Below are positions 58,480 to 64,000 of a stretch of 64,000 nt of DNA, piece by piece. Under the pieces are notes generated by a model that made no database searches, was not told the origin of the DNA, and saw only the letters and a program-made list of their open reading frames with translations. The translations under genes and the position numbers were made by a program. The stretch comes from Mustelus asterias (Eukaryota), in assembly GCF_964213995.1 (NCBI RefSeq), contig NC_135808.1, positions 34,224,001 to 34,288,000 on the forward strand, given 5' to 3'. Position 1 is the first letter of the stretch. Each line of letters begins with the position of its first letter.

Positions 58480-61060
58480 AAAGGCAATATTAATAATCAT
58501 GGGGGACTTCAATATGCAGGTGGACTGGGAAAATCGGGTAGGTAGTGGATCCCAAGAAAAGGAATTTGTGGAATGTCTAAGAGATGGTTTTTTTGGAGCG
58601 GCTTGTGACAGAGCCTACTGGGGAACAGGCAATTCTGGATTTGGCGATGTGTCATAAGAACATAAGAAATAGGAGCAGGAGTAGGCCATCTAGCCCCTCG
58701 AGCCTGCCCCACCATTCAATAAGATCATGGCTGATCTGAAGTGGATCAGTTCCACTTACCCGCCTGATCCCTATAACCCCTAATTCCCTTATCGATCAGG
58801 AATGCATCTATCTGTGATTTAAACATATTCAACGAGGTAGCCTCCACCACTTGAGTGGGCAGAGAATTCCAGAGATTCACCACCCTCTGAGAGAAGAAGT
58901 TCCTCCTCAACTCTGTCCTAAACTGACCCCCCTTTATTTTGAGGCTGTGCCCTCTGGTTCTAGTTTCCTTTCTAAGTGGAAAGAATCTCTCCACCTCTAC
59001 CCTATCCAGCCCCTTCATTATCTTATAGGTCTGTATATGATCCCCCCTCAGCCTTCTAAATTCCAACGAGTACAAACCCAATCTGCTCAGTCTCTCCTCA
59101 TAATCAACACCCCTCATCTCTGGTATCAACCTGGTGAACCTTCTCTGCACTCCCTCCAAGGCCAATATATCCTTCCGCAAATAAGGGGACCAATACTGCA
59201 CACAGTATTCCAGCTGCGGCCTCACCAATGCCCAGTACAGATGCAGCAAGACATCTCTGCTTTTATATTCTATTCTATATTATATTCTATCTATTCTAAT
59301 GAGGCAAATTTGATTAGGGAACTTAAGGTGAGGGAACCCTTAGGGAGCAGTGACCACAATATGATAGAATTTACCCTGCAGTTTGAGGGAGAAGCTAGAA
59401 TCAGATGTAACGGTATTACAATTAAATAAAGGTAACAACAAAGACATGAGGGAGGAGCTGGCCAGAGTTGATTGGAAGGGGAGCCTAGCAGGGAAGACAG
59501 AGGAACAGCAATGGCAGGTGTTTTTGAGATTTATTCATGAGGCATAACAGAGATTCATGCTCGGGGGAGGCCAGGCATCCATGGCTGACGAGGGAAATCA
59601 AGGACAGCATAAAAGCAAAAGAAAAAGCATACAAAGTGGCAAGGATTAGTGGGATGCCAGAGGATTGGGAAGCCTTTAAAAGTGAGCAGAGGACAATTAA
59701 AAAAACAATAAGGGGGGAGAAGATGAAATAGGAATGTAAGCTAGCTAGTAATATAAAAGAAGATAGGAAGAGTTTTTTCAATATATAAAAGGTAAGAGAG
59801 AGGCAAAAATAGCCATTGGACCACTGGAAAATGAGGCTGGAGAAGTAATAATAGGAAACAAAGCAATGGCAGAGGAACTGAATAGTTACTTTGCATCAGT
59901 CTTCATGATGGAAGACACCAGTGGGATGCAAAAGCTCCAGGAGAGTCGGGGCACAAGTAAGTGTAGTGGCCATCACTAAGGAGAAGGTTCTGGGGAAACT
60001 GAAAGGTCTGAAGGATAAATCACCTGGACCAGATGGACTACACCCCACGGTTCTAAAAAAGATAGCAAAGGAAATTGTGGGGGCATTGGTGGTGATCTTT
60101 CAGGAATCACTGGAGGCAGGGAGGATACCAGAGGACTGGAAAGTAGCGAATGTAACACCATTGTTTAAAAAGGGAGGGAGGCAGCAGATGGAAAATTATA
60201 GGCTGGTTAGTCTGACTTCAGTCATTGGCAAGATTTTAGAGTCCATTGTTTCAGATGAGATCGCAGAGTACTTGGAAGTGGATGATAAAGTAGGACTGAG
60301 TCAGCGCGGCTTTGTCAAGGGGAGGTCATGTCTGACAAATCTGTTAGAGTTCTTTGAGGAGGTAACAAGGAAGTTAGATAAAGGAGAGCCAGTGGACGTG
60401 ATTTATTTAGATTTCCAGAAGGCCTTTGACAAGGTGACGCATAGGAGACTGTGTTAAATAAGTTAAGTGCCCATGGTGTTAAGGGTAAGATCCTGGCATG
60501 GTTAGAGGATTGGTTGACTGGCAGAAGGCAGAGAGTGGGGATAAAAGGGTCTTTCTCAGGATGGCAGCCGGTGACTAGTGGTGTGCCTCAGGGGTCAGTG
60601 CTGGGACCACAACTTTTCACAATATACATTAACGATTTGCAAGAAGGAACTGAAGGCACCGTTGCTAAGTTTGCAGATGATGCAAAGATAGGTAGAGAGG
60701 CAGGTAGTATTGAGGAAGGGGGGGGGGTGGCTGCAGAAGGACTTGGACAGGTTAGGAGAGTGGCCAAAGAAGTAGCAGATGGAATACAATGTGGAAAAGT
60801 GTGAGGTTATGCACTTTGGAAGGAGGAATGGAGGCATAGACTATTTTCTAAATGGAAAAATGCTTAGGAAATCAGAAGCACTAAGGGACTTGGGAGTCAT
60901 TGTTCAAGATTCTCTGAAGGTTAACATGCAGGTTCAGTCGGCAGTTAGGAAGGCAATGCAATGTTAGCATTCATGTCGAGAGGGCTAGAATACAAGAGCA
61001 GGGATGTACTTCCGAGGCTGTATAAGGCTCTGGTCAGACCCCATTTGGAGTATTGAGAGC
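58480..61060 (+). mobile_element. CR1 ORF2, decayed and internally deleted, host of a nested CR1
   Basis: [33 protein letters not shown]. Confidence 0.88.
58653..59296 (-). mobile_element. Younger CR1 3' fragment nested antisense (same subfamily as 2615-5238)
   Basis: ORF 58746-59249 is nearly identical to the C-terminus of 4411-5145. (cataagaa)n tail and (tattc)n filler at the 5' junction. Confidence 0.9.
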
Positions 61061-62057
61061 AGCACCAGGCATACCTAAAAATGAGGTGTCAACCAAACAG
61101 GACTAAATGATTAATGGCAAAAACAGCAGACAAGGCTAAATGATTCCACAACCCACAGATCAGATCTAAGCTCTGCAGTCCTTCCACATACTGTCGTGAA
61201 TGGTGGTGGACAGTCAAACAACTCGGAGGAGGAGGAGGCTCCACAAATATCCCCATCCTAAATGCATTTTACCAAGTGTAGCATCAAGGAGCCCTAGCAA
61301 AACTGAAATCAATGTGTATCAGGGGGCAAACACTCTGCTGGTTGGAGGAAGATGGTTGTGCTTGTAGGGAGTCAGTCATCTCAGCCCCAGGACATCTCTG
61401 CAGGAGTCCCTCAGGGTAGTGTCCTCAGCCCAACAATCTTCAGCTGCTTCATCAATGACCTTCCCTCCGTCATAAGGCCGATTGCACAATGTTCAGCACC
61501 ATTCACGACTCCGATACTGAAGCAGTCCATGTTCAAATGCAGCAAGATCTGGACAATATCCAGGCCTGGGTTGACAAGTGGTGGGTAACATTCGCACCAC
61601 ACAAATGCCAGGCAATGACTATCTTCAACAAGAGAGGATTTAATCATCGCCCCCTAGACATTTACCGACACTGGATCCCCCACTGTCAACATTCACCATT
61701 GACCAGAAACTCAACTGGACTTACCACATAAACACAGTAGCTACAAGAGCCGATCACAGACTGGGGAATCCTGCGGCGAGTAACTCCCCTCCTGACTCCC
61801 CAAGGCACAAGTCAGGAGTGTGATGAAATAGTCCCCACTTGCCTCGATGGGTGCAGCTCCGACTTAAGAAACTTGATGCCATCTGGAACAAAGTAGCCTG
61901 CTTGATTGGAGCCCATCCACAAACATCAATCCCTCCACCACTGGACTGCAGCAGTTCAAGAAGGCAGCTCACCATCACCACCTCCAGGGCAATTTGGGAT
62001 GGGTAATAAATGCTGGCCTCGCTAGCAATGCTCACATCCCGTGAACGAATAAAAAAA
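61061..62057 (+). mobile_element. CR1/L2-group LINE fragments (family of 29603-33845)
   Basis: [36 protein letters not shown]; 3' end aataaaaaa. Confidence 0.8.
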
Positions 62058-62551
62058 TTAAATATTGTTCAAAGATTGGTTCAATTCATAATGTATTGGT
62101 GCTGGGGAAAGTGGAAGCTGTACACTCTTCACCTGAACCCTGCTGGTATAATGTTTCAATAAACCATATAACTGGCTGTAGCAGGAAAAGGGATTATGTT
62201 AGAGGAGATATAGTGAATAGAACACACATTACACGGTAATAGAGCAGGCTGGCTATTTGGATAGACTGTGGCAAGATGGGACAGGGCATATAAATGAATG
62301 CCGAAGCAGATAAGGGCAGAGATTGGAAAAATTGTAAGAGGACAGAGTTAAAGGCTCTGTATTTGAATGCAGACAGCATTTGTAATAAAATGGATGAATT
62401 ATTTGATCAGATAGAAATAAAAATGTATGACCTGATAGCCAACACAGAGACATAGTTGAAAATTGGCCAAGCTTGGACCTGAATGCTGAAGCATGTTTCA
62501 CACTTCAGAAGGATATGAAACAGGGACAGGTGCTGGGGTAGTCTGTTACTT

Positions 62552-62858
62552 GGGCAGCACAGTGGTTCACTCTGCTGCCTGTCAGTGCCAGGGACCTGGG
62601 TTCAATTCCGGTCTTAGGTGACTATATAGAGTTTGCAGTGTCTGCGTGGGTTTCCTCCGGTTTCTTCCCACAGTCCAAAGATGTGCGGGTTAGGTGGATT
62701 GGCCATGCTAAATTGACCCTTAATGTCCAAAGGGAATTAATGGGGTAAATATATGGGGTTACAGGGGAGGGCCTGGGTAAGATGCCCTGTCGAAGAGTCA
62801 GTGCAGCTCGATGGGCCAAATGGCCACCACCTACACTGTAGGAATTCTATGCTTCTAT
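62552..62858 (+). mobile_element. HE1-type V-SINE
   Basis: Head, partly deleted V domain, CR1-like tail. Confidence 0.8.
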
Positions 62859-63841
62859 GAAGAGCTGATCTTAACTTGAAAAAGCAAGTTATAGGGTGGA
62901 ATCTTACCAGAAATGGCAAAGTGTCACGGTCTGACTGAAAATCCATGTTTCTTTCCAGAGAACACAGACTACGTCGCACCTCTCTCACACTCCTCACACT
63001 CGGGTCTTTTCAGAGAAACAGGCAGGTTTTCTTGCCAGATCTTATGGCACCTTGTCAACAAAAGGAGGGAGGGTGTGTTTCATGCTGCCATGTTGAGGAG
63101 TGGGGCCTAAACATGGTGGCAAAGCTGGTTGCATGGGGATTGGGGTGACATCTTTAAAGGGCACCCAGATCAGGCCTAGAAATAGCCACCCACTCCACCC
63201 ACCACAGAGATCTCAGGGGCTGTCCTTCCTCTTTCCCACTCCCACCTCCATGATCAACGTAGCATTCTCTTTGCCGCCGCCGCCATATCTAATATTCATC
63301 ACTGGCATCCCTGCAGCTCCAATGTTTGCTCCCCCTCCCACCACAAATAAATGAGTCCCTCCTCATGAGGCTCTCACTAGGGTCCGCCCCAGCATGAGTG
63401 CCAACCTGGGTCAGGGTCACTGCCCGGCCATTTCCCTCTCCCCCAGGGACTATACCCACCTTTATGTCCCTGGGGAGATCCCCACAACAGGTTCATGTCT
63501 GGGTGAACCTATTGTAAACCTCACAGACATGATGTCACATTGGCAAGGTTTGAAAATACAGCTGGGGGGCATATCGTGCAAGGGTGTTTAATTATATTGC
63601 AGTTAATTTAAATATATTGTAATCAGATTCATGCCCATTATGGGCATGAATCTGATTACCTCACGGGGCAATGAAAATCTGGGTTTTGCCAGATATTAAG
63701 CCCCTGCCGCTGATCCTTCGGATGGAGGGTGTGGGCTCAAATTTCCACTTGTAGAATCCGTTTGTGTAGAGATAAGAAGTAGGAACGATAACAGATCACT
63801 TGTCGGAGTAGATTATAGGCCCCTAATGGCAGTTACATTGT

Positions 63842-64000
63842 AGTAAGAAGTTTAACAACACCAGGTTAAAGTCCAACAGGTTTATTTGGTAGCAAAAGCC
63901 ACACAAGTTTTCGAGGCTCTAAGCCCCTTCTTCAGGTGAGTGGGAATTCTGTTCATAAACAGAACTTATAAAGACACAGACTCAATTTACATGAATAATG
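63842..64000 (-). mobile_element. Penelope pLTR end (runs off the window) with a variant hammerhead at 63902-63943
   Basis: - strand: cac-CTGAAGA-a-ggggc[ttaga]gcctc-GAAA-acTT-gtg, then the family terminus ...cttcttact. Confidence 0.8.

Overview
Vertebrate genomic DNA, almost certainly a cartilaginous fish (shark-type HE1/V-SINEs, CR1 LINEs, shark-like MHC sequence). The only host gene is an MHC class II alpha-chain gene on the + strand. It has an X-box/Y-box promoter at about 25.70-25.75 kb, a leader exon at 25878-25944, an alpha-1 exon at 44237-44485 and an alpha-2 (Ig C1) exon at 55011-55292, all joined in phase 1 by GT-AG introns of about 18.3 and 10.5 kb. I could not find the connecting-peptide/TM/cytoplasmic exon, which probably lies beyond 64000. 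Most of the rest is nested transposable elements: two Gypsy pol regions with LTRs, many CR1 copies (one nearly full-length and nearly intact), Penelope-like elements (RT + GIY-YIG), a Tx1/L1-clade LINE, Rex1/Babar fragments, a tRNA-headed CR1/L2-group LINE, V-SINEs and solo LTRs. The most unusual signals are (i) a family of Penelope-derived fold-back mini-elements with target-site duplications and minimal hammerhead-ribozyme motifs, including a 202-bp palindrome with one hammerhead on each strand, and (ii) a poly(A)-tailed module carrying two U2 snRNA 5'-end fragments attached to the 3' end of the Tx1 element. Nearly all short ORFs in the supplied track are antisense or out-of-frame shadows of these repeats.
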